Shown in pieces: positions 27,868 through 37,865 of a stretch of 64,000 bases of DNA. This DNA comes from a virus. Every line of letters starts with the position of its first letter. Position 1 is the stretch's first letter. The DNA is taken from the IMG/VR virus record IMGVR_UViG_3300017971_000207, positions 32,001 to 96,000 of that record; one strand, written 5' to 3'. The notes beneath the pieces are model-generated. The model had not been told where the DNA came from and searched no databases. It saw nothing but the letters and a program-made list of their open reading frames with translations. A program made the translations under genes and the position numbers.

Positions 27868-28378
27868 CGTCCGGGCCTTCGGTGTCTGGGCGAGCCGCCT
27901 GGCTTACCGCCTCGATCGTATCGTGGACCTGAAACATACGCGACGTTAGAGCTATCGCCCCCAAGATGTCGTTTGCATCCTTGCAAGATAATAGGCGATC
28001 GTCTGGCGTTCGAAGGAAGCGCTCGCCCTTCTCCGCCTCGATGTCGTGTATCAGGAAGGGGAGCTGGTCCCGACGCTTCTGCCCCCACTGCGACTCATAG
28101 AGAAAGCATAGGGAGCAGACGAAAACACACTCATCAGACCCTTGCGGGCCCATCTCCCAGCGCGACTGCATACGGTCACAGTTGACACACGAGGAGTCCC
28201 AGAGGGGCTCCGGCAACGGCCGAAGCATCCGCGTATCGAGCACCATTGGCGCAAGATGCTGCCGCTCATAGCCGGGCGGCGGCTCACTGTAAGGACCACC
28301 CTCCGCAGCATCCGGCGAATCCGCGGCGGAGACCCCAGGCAACGGCACTACATTCGATTCCTCTTTACCCTTACTCAC
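27845..28378 (-). CDS. Hypothetical Zn-binding protein
   Basis: CVNC...CSLC; GGAGGA SD. Confidence 0.65.
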   Translation of the reverse strand: MSKGKEESNVVPLPGVSAADSPDAAEGGPYSEPPPGYERQHLAPMVLDTRMLRPLPEPLWDSSCVNCDRMQSRWEMGPQGSDECVFVCSLCFLYESQWGQKRRDQLPFLIHDIEAEKGERFLRTPDDRLLSCKDANDILGAIALTSRMFQVHDTIEAVSQAARPDTEGPDDGTGSRA

Positions 28379-28387
28379 ATCGTCCTC

Positions 28388-28702
28388 CTACTCATCCAGC
28401 AGACGGTCGAGGAGGCGCCTAAGCCAGCCTCGCCTCTTACCCTGCTTTCTCCACACGTCCTCGCGAATCAAGCGAAGCCTCCGGATCGCCAAGTTTAGCA
28501 GACCTCGCGCCTCTGCGGTGGTCATCTCATACCCACACGAGTCACAGCGCCACCAGCTCTTGTCCTCCTGCCACAACAGCAGCTCCTCACAGGCATCACA
28601 CTCAAACAGCGGGACGCGGCTTTCACCCTCAAAAACAACCCGCACCTGCGCGTCGGCGCACAGGCGCAGCTGCGGCCGTATCTGCTCTAGCGCCGGTGTC
28701 AC
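28388..28702 (-). CDS. Zn-ribbon protein
   Basis: GTGA overlap with the pyrE stop; CDAC...CDSC. Confidence 0.65.
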   Translation of the reverse strand: MTPALEQIRPQLRLCADAQVRVVFEGESRVPLFECDACEELLLWQEDKSWWRCDSCGYEMTTAEARGLLNLAIRRLRLIREDVWRKQGKRRGWLRRLLDRLLDE

Positions 28703-29508
28703 CGCCGACTCGTCGTCGGGATGAAGTCCTCCCGCGTAAAGATGCTCCGCAGAGGTATGTCCAGCTCCGCCGTGATGCGCGCAAAGCCTCCCTCCTGCCG
28801 ATCTACCAGCACCACAACGCCAACCACCTCCAGCCCCACACCCTCCAAAGCTTTGACGGCCGCAATCGTGGTGGCCCCGGTGGTGACCACGTCCTCCAGC
28901 AGCACTACGGCCGCCGGCGGCCGTACGTCCCCCTCTACTAGCCTCTTCGTGCCATGATCTTTCGTCTGCCGCCGAACGTACAGGATATCGAGCCGTACGG
29001 GCTCCGCCACCAACGACACTGCCCCCGCCAAGGGACACCCACCCAAAGCCGCCCCCGCCACATAGGGAACCATCCCAAAGCTCCGTACCTCGGGCCACAG
29101 GACCCGGCCCGCAAGATAATGGCCGTCGCCCGAGAGCACCGTGCGCGTGCAGTCGATAAAGAAGTCACTCTTGCGCCCCGACGACAGCGTAAACTCCCCT
29201 TTCTTAAACGAGCGCTCACGGAGCAGGCGAAGCAACGCCTCGCGATCTTTCTCCAGGGAGCGCTCCTGGTCACTCACGCGCTGCAAAAGCGCCGCGTGGT
29301 CCACGATGAGCTGCTCAATCACAAATAGCCACTGCTTAGGCACAGTCACGGGGTTCAGCGTGCACCACTGCTGCACCCCCATCGCGTTGCGGCCGTCCTG
29401 CGCCTCCAGAACCAACCCCTCCTTACCCTTCTTACCCGGCACGCTAACCAAGCGTGCCGTGGGCGCCGCCTCCGGCCCTACCGTCCACACGATCTTCGGT
29501 TCGTCCAT
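28699..29508 (-). CDS. pyrE: Orotate phosphoribosyltransferase with about 85-aa N-terminal extension
   Basis: GEFTLSSGRKSDFFID, RRQTKDHGT, VVLLEDVVTTG, VLVDRQEG. Confidence 0.93.
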   Translation of the reverse strand: MDEPKIVWTVGPEAAPTARLVSVPGKKGKEGLVLEAQDGRNAMGVQQWCTLNPVTVPKQWLFVIEQLIVDHAALLQRVSDQERSLEKDREALLRLLRERSFKKGEFTLSSGRKSDFFIDCTRTVLSGDGHYLAGRVLWPEVRSFGMVPYVAGAALGGCPLAGAVSLVAEPVRLDILYVRRQTKDHGTKRLVEGDVRPPAAVVLLEDVVTTGATTIAAVKALEGVGLEVVGVVVLVDRQEGGFARITAELDIPLRSIFTREDFIPTTSRR

Positions 29509-29509
29509 T

Positions 29510-30220
29510 CTACTCGTCCTCCAGCCTACCGCTACCGCGCAGCAGCCTCACAAACACGTCCATCGGGAGCACCACCAGCTCCACATCGTCCTCCCCACCG
29601 GGGGTCCGAAAGGTGAGTGCCAACGCCGGGGCTACCCCAGCACTCCTCGCCACGACCTCCTCAGCCCACTCCCGCTTTAGCCCGCGAGACCGGTGCCTGG
29701 TCTCCTCGCGGATAGCTGCGGCGCAGTCGCCCAGGCACCCCCCCGCAGCCAGCAGTACGCGCTCATACACATCCTGCGGGAGCACCACCAGCTCCACATC
29801 CTGCTCCCCGACCTTGGCCAGGAAGCGAACCACTACGGCCGGCTGAACCCAACGCGCGCTAGCGCCCTCAACCACCTTCTCGACCCAGGCCCGCTTGAAC
29901 CTGATCGACTGCGCCTCTGTCTCCTTCAGCTCAACCAAAAAGCCTGGGATGCTCACATCTCCGCGAGCTGTTGGGCCCTCTCCCACCAAGCGACGCTGCC
30001 CCGGCGCGAGGCTCACCTGCCGAAGAGACCACGGGCGTCCCCCCGAGGCGGGAAGGCGCCGCCCCCCCAAACGCGCTCCGAGCTCGTGCTCATTCTTGCG
30101 CGAGCGTCGCGTGCGAGCTGCCCGATCACCCCCCGGCCGAACCCATGCAGGCTCAGGACGACAGGGGGCCTCGGCCTCGTCGTCCAACCAAGCTGGAGAA
30201 GGCTTGCGGTGAGAACTCAC
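29510..30220 (-). CDS. PD-(D/E)XK nuclease, Hjc-like resolvase, with duplicated C-terminal segment
   Basis: E...GGRRLPASG...GDV...LVELKET; DVELVVLP occurs twice. Confidence 0.65.
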   Translation of the reverse strand: MSSHRKPSPAWLDDEAEAPCRPEPAWVRPGGDRAARTRRSRKNEHELGARLGGRRLPASGGRPWSLRQVSLAPGQRRLVGEGPTARGDVSIPGFLVELKETEAQSIRFKRAWVEKVVEGASARWVQPAVVVRFLAKVGEQDVELVVLPQDVYERVLLAAGGCLGDCAAAIREETRHRSRGLKREWAEEVVARSAGVAPALALTFRTPGGEDDVELVVLPMDVFVRLLRGSGRLEDE

Positions 30221-32532
30221 AGCCCGTCGTCCTGTAGCAGTACATGCATGACAGCGTCGCGAACTCGCGCACCAAGCTCAACATCCGTCTCCAGCGCCGC
30301 CTGCAGTGCCTTCTTTGAGCCGAACTTCTGATCGAGCACCTGCCACGAGGAACCACGGCCCTTCACTAGACCCACCATCTCCCCCATGCTCACAATCTCG
30401 GGAACATCTATCGAGTCCCCCACCCGGTACCTCTCTGTATCCATCAACGCAAGCTGAAACTCGCCCTCAATGCGAGGGTAGAAGGATTTGTTTTTCTCCA
30501 CCCGGAAGGCAAACTTCCCCGCTAATGGGCGCCCGAGAACCTCGTCCATCTCGTAGCCCGCCGAGCGTAGCTTCGTCTCTGTAACCGCCGCAAAGCCTGG
30601 GGCTAGGCCCCCCGGCTGGATCTCCGGACTATTATGGACGACCACACCACGCCCGTCGCCGCCAACAAGGTAGAAGCAGTCCCCCTCTATCTGGAGGTCG
30701 TACTTGACGCGAGACCTGTGTTTCTTCTGAGACTTTCGAACGCTGTGAACCTCCACAGGTATCGGTCGGCGGCGCATCACCGACTCCGGCAGCTCTAGCT
30801 CACCCGTGGCCTGCTCCCGATGCTCCGGCAGAAGCTTGTAAGCCATATCCGGAGGGAGATAGCGAGCGACGGCCTCCGAGAACTGCGTGAATGTGCTAGC
30901 GGGAAACACTATCGCACGTTGAGTTTGACGATAGCGCGTGCCAGGGAAGCGCTCGGCGAGCACCGCGGCCACGCGCACGGCGTGATCGTCTCGAAGGCGT
31001 TTGACCGAGATAGACGCCGACCGATGCGATTCCCGATAGGTGCCGTCGTCCGCATACCAGACAGCAAGGGTTAGGGGGCCAGCTTCGCGCAGAACATCCA
31101 GAGGGATGGTCCGATAGTCCTTGCCCTCCAACGTGTCGCCTGTCCCATAGAATTGCGCCCGTAGCTGCCGAAGCTCAAAGCTGTTCTCTGTCTTCCACGT
31201 GTCGCGCCCGCACGCGCTCACGAGGCTGAAGCCATAAGATCGAATGAGACGCTTCTTCCAGCACAGGTAAGCCTTCTGCTCCCCATTTGTTAGGCAAAAA
31301 GACCCCCATCGCGTGATGTGACCGTCTCCCAATAGCGAGCCTAAGACAACCTCACGCTCCACACTCGTGAGGCGCTCCTCGTACCAAGACAAGAGCTTCA
31401 TGCCTGGGCGCACTCGCCCAGCACGAATCTCGTTGCCGTCCCCATCGACGAGCAAGTGGTTCGGGGTACAGGTGAAGCCCTGAGCACCGCGCCGGCCTCC
31501 GGCCCCTGCCACACGGAACGTCAGCCAACTCTCACCCGGCGCCAAGACGCCGTTCTGATACCAGTTGACGATCCTACGCGCGACAATACGCCCGCGGTCT
31601 TTATCCCAGGAGAGCACCGGACCCTCCATACGCTCCTTAACCACCCGGTGGATGGGCACCTGCGACCCGTCCGCGAACATCACAGGCGTCTTCGCGTGAA
31701 AGCACCCAAACATCACTCCCACCTGCATACGCACCTGGTTGGTGAACAGCAAGGTAGGGGCAACACCTCGGGCGTTCGCAACCGTATTTAAGGCCACGAT
31801 AAACTTCCGTATCCCCTTGCCCAGCTGCCTCGCCTGCACCGCAGGGTTGTCGTCCATCGTGGAGCCTACAATCTCCTTCGCCGGCGCAAGAAACGCAATA
31901 CTGTCAATAACCACAATATCGAAGCCCTTCCGCAATAGAGCCTCGGTCATATCCATCGACTGCTCCTGATACTCCGGCGCAGATACGAATAGGTTGTCCA
32001 GGTCCACCCCCAAACGCTGCGCCCACCGGCGGTCCAGAGTCCCCTCGACATCCATGAACAGGATCATAGGAGGCCGATAACCCTTGCACCTACAGGGTGA
32101 GAAGTTCCAACAGTTGGCGCACATCCTCTGAGCATTCGCAAGGGCCTTCAGATAGGTGGTTGTCTTCGAGCTGGACTTCTTCCCCCACACCACGCTCACC
32201 TTCCCCACCGGGAAGCCCCCACCTAGCGCGTAATCGAGCTTGAATATACCTGTCGGTATCCGCGGCACCTTGCCAGAGCCTAGGTCCGAGGCGCGCTGAA
32301 AGATCGCATCGCCGTGGACCTTCCGTATCTGCGCCACCGTGGCGCTTGCCAGCATGTGCTCGGGAGAGTCCGACAGCTCCACGACGGCGCAGGAGTCCTT
32401 GACCGTTTTGGACCCCTTCTTAGCCTTGGCCTTCGTCGGCTTGTCCTTCCTGTCCTTATCCTTCTTCGATGTCGTCTTCTTCGAGGCGCTCTTCGCCGCC
32501 TTGGGCTTCTCCGCCTGCTGTGCTGCCGCCAT
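30217..32532 (-). CDS. recA: RecA recombinase with intein (about 413 aa after splicing)
   Basis: IPTGIFKLDYALGGG, GKKSSSKTT, VVIDSIA, NQVRMQVGVMFG|SPE, VEKNK. Confidence 0.93.
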   Translation of the reverse strand: MAAAQQAEKPKAAKSASKKTTSKKDKDRKDKPTKAKAKKGSKTVKDSCAVVELSDSPEHMLASATVAQIRKVHGDAIFQRASDLGSGKVPRIPTGIFKLDYALGGGFPVGKVSVVWGKKSSSKTTTYLKALANAQRMCANCWNFSPCRCKGYRPPMILFMDVEGTLDRRWAQRLGVDLDNLFVSAPEYQEQSMDMTEALLRKGFDIVVIDSIAFLAPAKEIVGSTMDDNPAVQARQLGKGIRKFIVALNTVANARGVAPTLLFTNQVRMQVGVMFGCFHAKTPVMFADGSQVPIHRVVKERMEGPVLSWDKDRGRIVARRIVNWYQNGVLAPGESWLTFRVAGAGGRRGAQGFTCTPNHLLVDGDGNEIRAGRVRPGMKLLSWYEERLTSVEREVVLGSLLGDGHITRWGSFCLTNGEQKAYLCWKKRLIRSYGFSLVSACGRDTWKTENSFELRQLRAQFYGTGDTLEGKDYRTIPLDVLREAGPLTLAVWYADDGTYRESHRSASISVKRLRDDHAVRVAAVLAERFPGTRYRQTQRAIVFPASTFTQFSEAVARYLPPDMAYKLLPEHREQATGELELPESVMRRRPIPVEVHSVRKSQKKHRSRVKYDLQIEGDCFYLVGGDGRGVVVHNSPEIQPGGLAPGFAAVTETKLRSAGYEMDEVLGRPLAGKFAFRVEKNKSFYPRIEGEFQLALMDTERYRVGDSIDVPEIVSMGEMVGLVKGRGSSWQVLDQKFGSKKALQAALETDVELGARVRDAVMHVLLQDDGL
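30631..31704 (-). mobile_element. RecA intein (358 aa), LAGLIDADG
   Basis: MFG|CFHAKTPV...GSLLGDG...WYADDG...VVHN|S. Confidence 0.93.
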
Positions 32533-32643
32533 TGCTCACCGTCTCCTTAACACCGGGCCTCGGCCCGCTACCACCGTCCAATAGATACTTGCGACTATGC
32601 CGCACAAACGTCCATACCGTGGCCGCCGCCAGCCACACTTTTC

Positions 32644-33468
32644 CTACGGATCAACCAAAGAGGCGCCCAGAGTTCCCAGGGAGCGCCACCCCTCAGTAAC
32701 CTCCGCAGAGAACGCCGCCCACTGCTCCTTGCCCCGTATCGTGCCGTCGCGGTCGTTGTACGCCTGAGCCACCACAGCAACCATCTCCGCGGTGTACAGC
32801 CGGTAGCGTGTTCGGGAGGCTCGAAGCGGTGTCGACGGAAGCGCGCCCCGCTTCTCCATCTGCTCCACGGTCAGCACCGTTCTGTTGATCGCCTTAGCCA
32901 GCACCCCCACCCGGAAAAGCGCTACATCCTCCTCCGTCCCGTCCTCAAAACGAACCCGACGGACAAAGTGCTTAGGCTTCTCCATCTGATAGACACGCCC
33001 CGCCGCATCGAGCTGTAGAATACCGTTCTTGATCAAGCGCTCACGTATGACCTCCAGCTCGTGGTCGGTGTACAGCCGGTCGCCGCGGTCACTCCGCAGC
33101 TCCGCCGGATGAATCACGCCCCGCTTCTCCCACAAGCGCACAAGCTGCACAGAGCAGCCAAGCGCCGTAGCAAGCGCCCCAATCGTAAATAGCTTAACCG
33201 GGGGCTGACCCTCACCCATGGGAACGTCAACCGTCTTAAACGGAAGAGGCTTCGTCGGCGTGGCAACCGCCTCTCGCTCCCTCCGTCGAACCTCCGCACG
33301 CTTCTTGCGCGCACGCGCCCGCGAGTCCCGATTAAGCTTCAAAACCCGAGCCTTGTATGCTGGGTCCAGCTCGTACCGACGCCGGCGAGTCTCATTCAGC
33401 TCCTCTCCGTTCTCCGCGTACCAGCTCTTAAAGCTAAAACCTCCTTCACCTGTCATGATATTCAACAC
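32644..33468 (-). CDS. Protein with two MerR-like HTH domains
   Basis: FTIGALATALGCSVQLVRLWEKRG...RLYT and FRVGVLAKAINRTVLTVEQMEKRG...RLYT. Confidence 0.8.
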   Translation of the reverse strand: MLNIMTGEGGFSFKSWYAENGEELNETRRRRYELDPAYKARVLKLNRDSRARARKKRAEVRRREREAVATPTKPLPFKTVDVPMGEGQPPVKLFTIGALATALGCSVQLVRLWEKRGVIHPAELRSDRGDRLYTDHELEVIRERLIKNGILQLDAAGRVYQMEKPKHFVRRVRFEDGTEEDVALFRVGVLAKAINRTVLTVEQMEKRGALPSTPLRASRTRYRLYTAEMVAVVAQAYNDRDGTIRGKEQWAAFSAEVTEGWRSLGTLGASLVDP

Positions 33469-33490
33469 TTAACAAGTAATTAGGGCATTG

Positions 33491-36400
33491 TCAAGTAACC
33501 CGTAGATAGAAGCGGTCGCGCTGCGCCGCCGCCCGACGGAAGGTTGCCACCAGGTCATCGCGTATATCGACCACGATCGGGTCCTTCTTACCCGCACAGA
33601 TACGCTGAATGCGTCCAGTAGGCTGCTCTACATCCCACATAGGAGTAGCCAATACAAGCGTGTCGAGAGGCGGGATATCAAGGCCCTCTGCAGCCATCTG
33701 AACCGTAGCCAGAACCACCTGTGCCTGCGCAGCCTCCGCCCGCTCATCAGAGGTGCGACCCCCAACAAAATAGCCCACCGTCGGCGCCCGAGAGCCGTTG
33801 GAGCTCTTGGAGCAGGCGTTTAGCAACCCCCGATGAAGTAGCTCCAGGTGATTCAGACGTTCACTCAGCACCAACAGCTTACGCCCGGCAGCGGCCGCTG
33901 CCGCGATCTGTGCGACCACAATCCGATTGCGCGCGCGGTTGGTCGTGAGAAACTGAATAATGAGATGGCGCGGCGCCACACTCGGGTCAAAGCTCGGGGT
34001 AGAGAAGAGCTGGAAGTCTGTCCACACCCGCTTGACCTTCACCTTCAAGAGCTTCTCCTTTGAGGCGTAGAGCACCTTCCCTATGCTGTAACGAAAGACG
34101 TTGTCCGCCCCATCTTTCCGACGAGGTGTGGCTGAGTTGTGAACCAGCACACCATCAGCAACAAAGGACGGGTGACCGCCCATCTCCAGGTCATAGACAA
34201 AGTCCGGCGGCGCGCGATCGTAGTTAACTGACCTCACTACTCCTTCCAGATACGACAGCTCCCCCTCACAGAACCGACGTCTGTGGCCTCTATGTCCTGC
34301 ATCATCCGATAGCTCAGAGTGCCCCGACCAGTAAACCTGAAAGGACCTTCGTCTGCCCATAATCTGCCGACTATCGACAACACCGCCCAAGCTGGGCTCG
34401 TGACCACTTACTCCCCCGACCACTCCCAAAGACCTAAGCAAGCTAAGCAACGAACGAACCAAAGAAGGCGATGTGGTCCTGACGCGATGCCCTACCCTCC
34501 CGCTCTCGCGCTCTGAACGACAACCGTCAGAGTCCAACAGACCTTGTAACAGCTCCCTCCGATAGCACTCCTCCCAGCCCACTACCCAAGCAGCAGGGAT
34601 ACTCTTTTCCCCACAACCTACAGACCCAAAAACATCTCGAAAGATAGCAGCCACCACAGCACTGGAACACCGCACCTCTGCCGAAGCCCCAGGCGTCTCC
34701 CTCTGCCGGGGGTGCCACACCACCCCCGGCAGGCCACGCAGGCGCGTCAGGATCTCCGGCACTCGGCTTAGCTCTACCGCAAAGTTTACGCGGTTACCGC
34801 TCACCCACCCGTCGCCGAGCCAAAAGCCTAGTATGTAGGCCCAACAACGTAGGTCTATGTACGGGTCTGTAGAAACACCTCTCGCCCCTTCTGTGTACAC
34901 CGCCGAGGGCTCTGGCAACCCCTCCCTGCAAGCAAGGTACACCTCCGCCGGAAGATAATGACCACGGCTCCCTTGATTGCGGTAATTCCACCAAGACTTC
35001 GGAGACGCCCCGACATCCCTACGCGCAACACCATCTAAAGAGACAGCCACCTTCACAGATCGAAGACCGTAACGAACAGCCACAGCGGCTACGTCCACAC
35101 GCCCTTGCGAACATCTCGACCCCCAAGCCGCCCCATCATCCATGGGCAAGCGGTCCCCCCTCTCGACCTCCTTGGCTCTGCACACAGATAAAGAAGCCAA
35201 AGGCTTTCGATTCCGATTAACACGCACAAATCCGCCAGGCTCCAGACGAAACAAAGAGTGGTCGTCAGTAACCCGCAGATCGCGCCCAGAAACACGAAGA
35301 CACCTGAGAGGCGCAGAGACTGAATGGCGGATGAGGCTCTTTACAGGCTTCCAACAAAAACCGTACCCCTCCCAGCCTCGCGACTCTACACCATCAAAAC
35401 GGACAACGTCGTAAGTACCCTCTCTCCTCACTGGGAGATACTCAACAGCCTCATCAAACGCTGCCTCAATAGGGCCAACCCACCCCAAACCGAAGACCCC
35501 TCCACGAAGCTCAACAACGGACTGGGGTCCGACGGAGAGACCGATGCGCCACCGCGCGGGGAAGCACGCAGGAACAGGCGCCCAGGTCTCCGCGCCTATG
35601 CGGTGGCAGTTGTGTACCACCACCCCCTCAGCGACAAAGTTGTGCAGGTCCTCCACCGTGAGATCGTAAACAAGCTCAGGCGTCTCAACGTCGGCGGTCT
35701 CCAGCACCCGAGCCAGCGTCAAGCGGTTCTCCATAGGGGCAAGTGAGACAACATCGCAGTGAATCACATAATCGTTGCCAGGCTCCAGCTCCCCAGCGGT
35801 CCTGTCCCCACTTGGCGTAAACACCACGTGATTGGAGGTGCACACCAGCGTCCCGCACTCGTGCCTCACCCACATCATGGAGCTCCGGGGCTTGTGCACC
35901 CACTTTCGCGTCACCGGCTTAACTGCGAAGCGACCACCTACACGATCGTACGCCAGCACATAGACGGGGTCTGGGTCCGCCACCACCTCCTCGATAGGAC
36001 GATAACCACGCGAGGTCAGGATCCGCGCGTAACCTGGCAGCGACTCATCTACCATGAGTGCCCCCGGCCACTGATAGAGCGCTGGAGGATATTCCCGCTG
36101 CGCTAGGGAGTGCACCATCCCAACGGCCAGGTGCTTACCCTCAAAGTCGCACACATCCTGCTGCACACGCCCAACAGCCACCCCTGGGAGAAAGTACCGG
36201 ATGCGCTCCAGCCACTGCTCCACCAGAAACTCCTTGTGTACCACCACGAGGATGGGAACAGCCAGCTGCGAAGCAAGCGATAAGGCGGATACCGTCTTAC
36301 CAAAGCCCGGCGCCGCCCTCAATATACCGCCGGTACAGTAGGGGTCCGACAAAGCCTTAAGAAGTGCCCCTTGCGCCCTTCGCTGCTCTGGCCGCAGCTC

Positions 36401-36673
36401 CCCCTCAAAGCGGATAGGAGATGGTAAGGAGGCCCCCATCGTGTAGGCTAGCTCCACCTTGTGGTAGGGCTTAAGAAAGGAGAGGAAGTACTCACGAGGA
36501 ACACCAATGTGCGTCTTGGTCTCCTCCCACATGCGGATAGTTCCAGGCGCCTCCCCTGGGTGGTCTCCCACCTTCTGGGGCTGAATCGTCAGCTGACGAG
36601 AGATGACCTGCCGCTGTGTGGTGGTCATCCCCGCCAGCCGTATCCAAGCAAGCCTGTCTAGTCGAACATCCAC
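33491..36673 (-). CDS. Superfamily 2 helicase (XPB/UvsW-like) with two inteins (about 448 aa after splicing)
   Basis: APGFGKT, DE|CH, GL|SATP, EGLDIP, QPTGRIQR. Confidence 0.92.
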   Translation of the reverse strand: MDVRLDRLAWIRLAGMTTTQRQVISRQLTIQPQKVGDHPGEAPGTIRMWEETKTHIGVPREYFLSFLKPYHKVELAYTMGASLPSPIRFEGELRPEQRRAQGALLKALSDPYCTGGILRAAPGFGKTVSALSLASQLAVPILVVVHKEFLVEQWLERIRYFLPGVAVGRVQQDVCDFEGKHLAVGMVHSLAQREYPPALYQWPGALMVDESLPGYARILTSRGYRPIEEVVADPDPVYVLAYDRVGGRFAVKPVTRKWVHKPRSSMMWVRHECGTLVCTSNHVVFTPSGDRTAGELEPGNDYVIHCDVVSLAPMENRLTLARVLETADVETPELVYDLTVEDLHNFVAEGVVVHNCHRIGAETWAPVPACFPARWRIGLSVGPQSVVELRGGVFGLGWVGPIEAAFDEAVEYLPVRREGTYDVVRFDGVESRGWEGYGFCWKPVKSLIRHSVSAPLRCLRVSGRDLRVTDDHSLFRLEPGGFVRVNRNRKPLASLSVCRAKEVERGDRLPMDDGAAWGSRCSQGRVDVAAVAVRYGLRSVKVAVSLDGVARRDVGASPKSWWNYRNQGSRGHYLPAEVYLACREGLPEPSAVYTEGARGVSTDPYIDLRCWAYILGFWLGDGWVSGNRVNFAVELSRVPEILTRLRGLPGVVWHPRQRETPGASAEVRCSSAVVAAIFRDVFGSVGCGEKSIPAAWVVGWEECYRRELLQGLLDSDGCRSERESGRVGHRVRTTSPSLVRSLLSLLRSLGVVGGVSGHEPSLGGVVDSRQIMGRRRSFQVYWSGHSELSDDAGHRGHRRRFCEGELSYLEGVVRSVNYDRAPPDFVYDLEMGGHPSFVADGVLVHNSATPRRKDGADNVFRYSIGKVLYASKEKLLKVKVKRVWTDFQLFSTPSFDPSVAPRHLIIQFLTTNRARNRIVVAQIAAAAAAGRKLLVLSERLNHLELLHRGLLNACSKSSNGSRAPTVGYFVGGRTSDERAEAAQAQVVLATVQMAAEGLDIPPLDTLVLATPMWDVEQPTGRIQRICAGKKDPIVVDIRDDLVATFRRAAAQRDRFYLRVT
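34136..35536 (-). mobile_element. Helicase intein 2 (467 aa), Ser start, LAGLIDADG
   Basis: GL|SVGPQSVV...VTDDHSLF...LGFWLGDG...LQGLLDSDG...LVHN|S. Confidence 0.92.
35609..36043 (-). mobile_element. Helicase mini-intein (145 aa), Ser start
   Basis: DE|SLPGYARI...CTSNHVVF...VYDLTV...VVHN|C. Confidence 0.92.
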
Positions 36674-36712
36674 GGCTCTAGCTTAGCGCGGAGCCGTTAG
36701 GCAAGTAAGCGA

Positions 36713-36925
36713 TCACTTTAGACCCGCAGGCAGATGGGCCACGCTGTCTTGAAAGGCTAGCTCCTTAAACACCTGGTCTGCCCAATCGGCCGGCGGAAAG
36801 GCCATAGGGTCCTTAGACCACGCCCGTATCTCCACCCACCGCCGTTTACCACTTACCTCCGCAACAGCCTCTAGGCGTTGTTGGTCGACGTGGACGACGG
36901 CGAAGCAGAGACGCGGCTTGATCAT
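36713..36925 (-). CDS. Hypothetical protein
   Basis: Fills the gap between the SSB and helicase genes. Confidence 0.5.
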   Translation of the reverse strand: MIKPRLCFAVVHVDQQRLEAVAEVSGKRRWVEIRAWSKDPMAFPPADWADQVFKELAFQDSVAHLPAGLK

Positions 36926-36960
36926 GATAACCCTATCGCGACCGCGTGGTCGCAGTTAGA

Positions 36961-37761
36961 TCAAAAGGGGATGTCCTCCTCGTCCCCAGCTTTTCCTCGC
37001 GGACGGTCACTGTCTCCGCCGAAGCCTAGTGCTTCATCTCGGCTTACGCCGCGCAGCAGCTCCTTCGAGAAGGCATTCCCCCTGGGCTTGAGGACCTCCA
37101 TGTAGTTAAAAGGCACAACACGACGCACCAGACGCCCATCATCCTCGGGGTCAAACTGAAGCTGAAAGACCTGCTGCAGGTTTTTCATCTTAAGCTCATC
37201 CGCCTCTGCATCATCCCACCACTCTGAAAGCTTCTTGCCCCGGAAGTTGGCCAGCTCAAACATCCGAGCATGGTCAGTGACAAGGCCCTTGCACTCCCAC
37301 TCATCACCAGTTGAGGGGGACTTCTCTCCCTCCCTATGGACTCTCCACTTGGTCCAGCAGAGCGTTCCGCCCTCCGCCTCACTCTTCTTACGCCGCCACT
37401 TCTTGAGAAGGTTAAGCTTACCCCCGGCCAGCTTGACCTCATATTGATAGCGGTTGCCTCGGTCGTCCTCCCATAGACTGCAGTCGACCAAGGAGAGGTA
37501 GCCCGTGTAGGTGCGGCTCTTGTCGCCCAGCTCCTCACAGGAATTACAGGGGTCGTCAAAACCCCGGTTGCACGTGTGGTGGTTGCGCCAAGACTTGTTT
37601 ATCTTGGCGTTGTGCTCATATATGCATAGTGGATCATCGTCCACCAGAACCAGGTCCTTCCCCGTCCCTGGTTTGATCCACAGTCTGTTAGGGGTCTTGA
37701 GGGCGTCAAGACGCGCCTCCTCCTTTTGGATACCGTCGTATCCCTTGTTGAACCAGGACAT
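36961..37761 (-). CDS. Phage ssDNA-binding protein, gp32-like
   Basis: H/C Zn-type motif (HTC...CNSC), acidic DEEDIPF tail, AAGGAGG SD, next to primase. Confidence 0.7.
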   Translation of the reverse strand: MSWFNKGYDGIQKEEARLDALKTPNRLWIKPGTGKDLVLVDDDPLCIYEHNAKINKSWRNHHTCNRGFDDPCNSCEELGDKSRTYTGYLSLVDCSLWEDDRGNRYQYEVKLAGGKLNLLKKWRRKKSEAEGGTLCWTKWRVHREGEKSPSTGDEWECKGLVTDHARMFELANFRGKKLSEWWDDAEADELKMKNLQQVFQLQFDPEDDGRLVRRVVPFNYMEVLKPRGNAFSKELLRGVSRDEALGFGGDSDRPRGKAGDEEDIPF

Positions 37762-37836
37762 GAGATGTCCTCCTTGATTGTAATGAGGCCCTTACCGGCC
37801 GTGTACTGAACTAATGTCCCTTACGGTGACACTAAG

Positions 37837-37865
37837 AAGCTACAGCATACTCATCGGGTTGTCAA
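37837..37865 (-). promoter_or_regulatory. Sigma70-type promoter for the gp32-like gene
   Basis: TTGACA-17 nt-TAGCTT. Confidence 0.7.

Noticed and set aside
28703-29098. N-terminal extensions given by the ORF track (28388..29098, 26090..27148, 37840..39009, 53145..56369, 1873..2277)
   Set aside because: They overlap upstream genes; internal starts with an SD or stop-start coupling are better supported.
33466-33494. TTGACA promoter upstream of the MerR-like gene
   Set aside because: Perfect -35 but the -10 is ambiguous (TAAGTG at 17 nt or TTAAGT at 16 nt); plausible but not listed as a feature.
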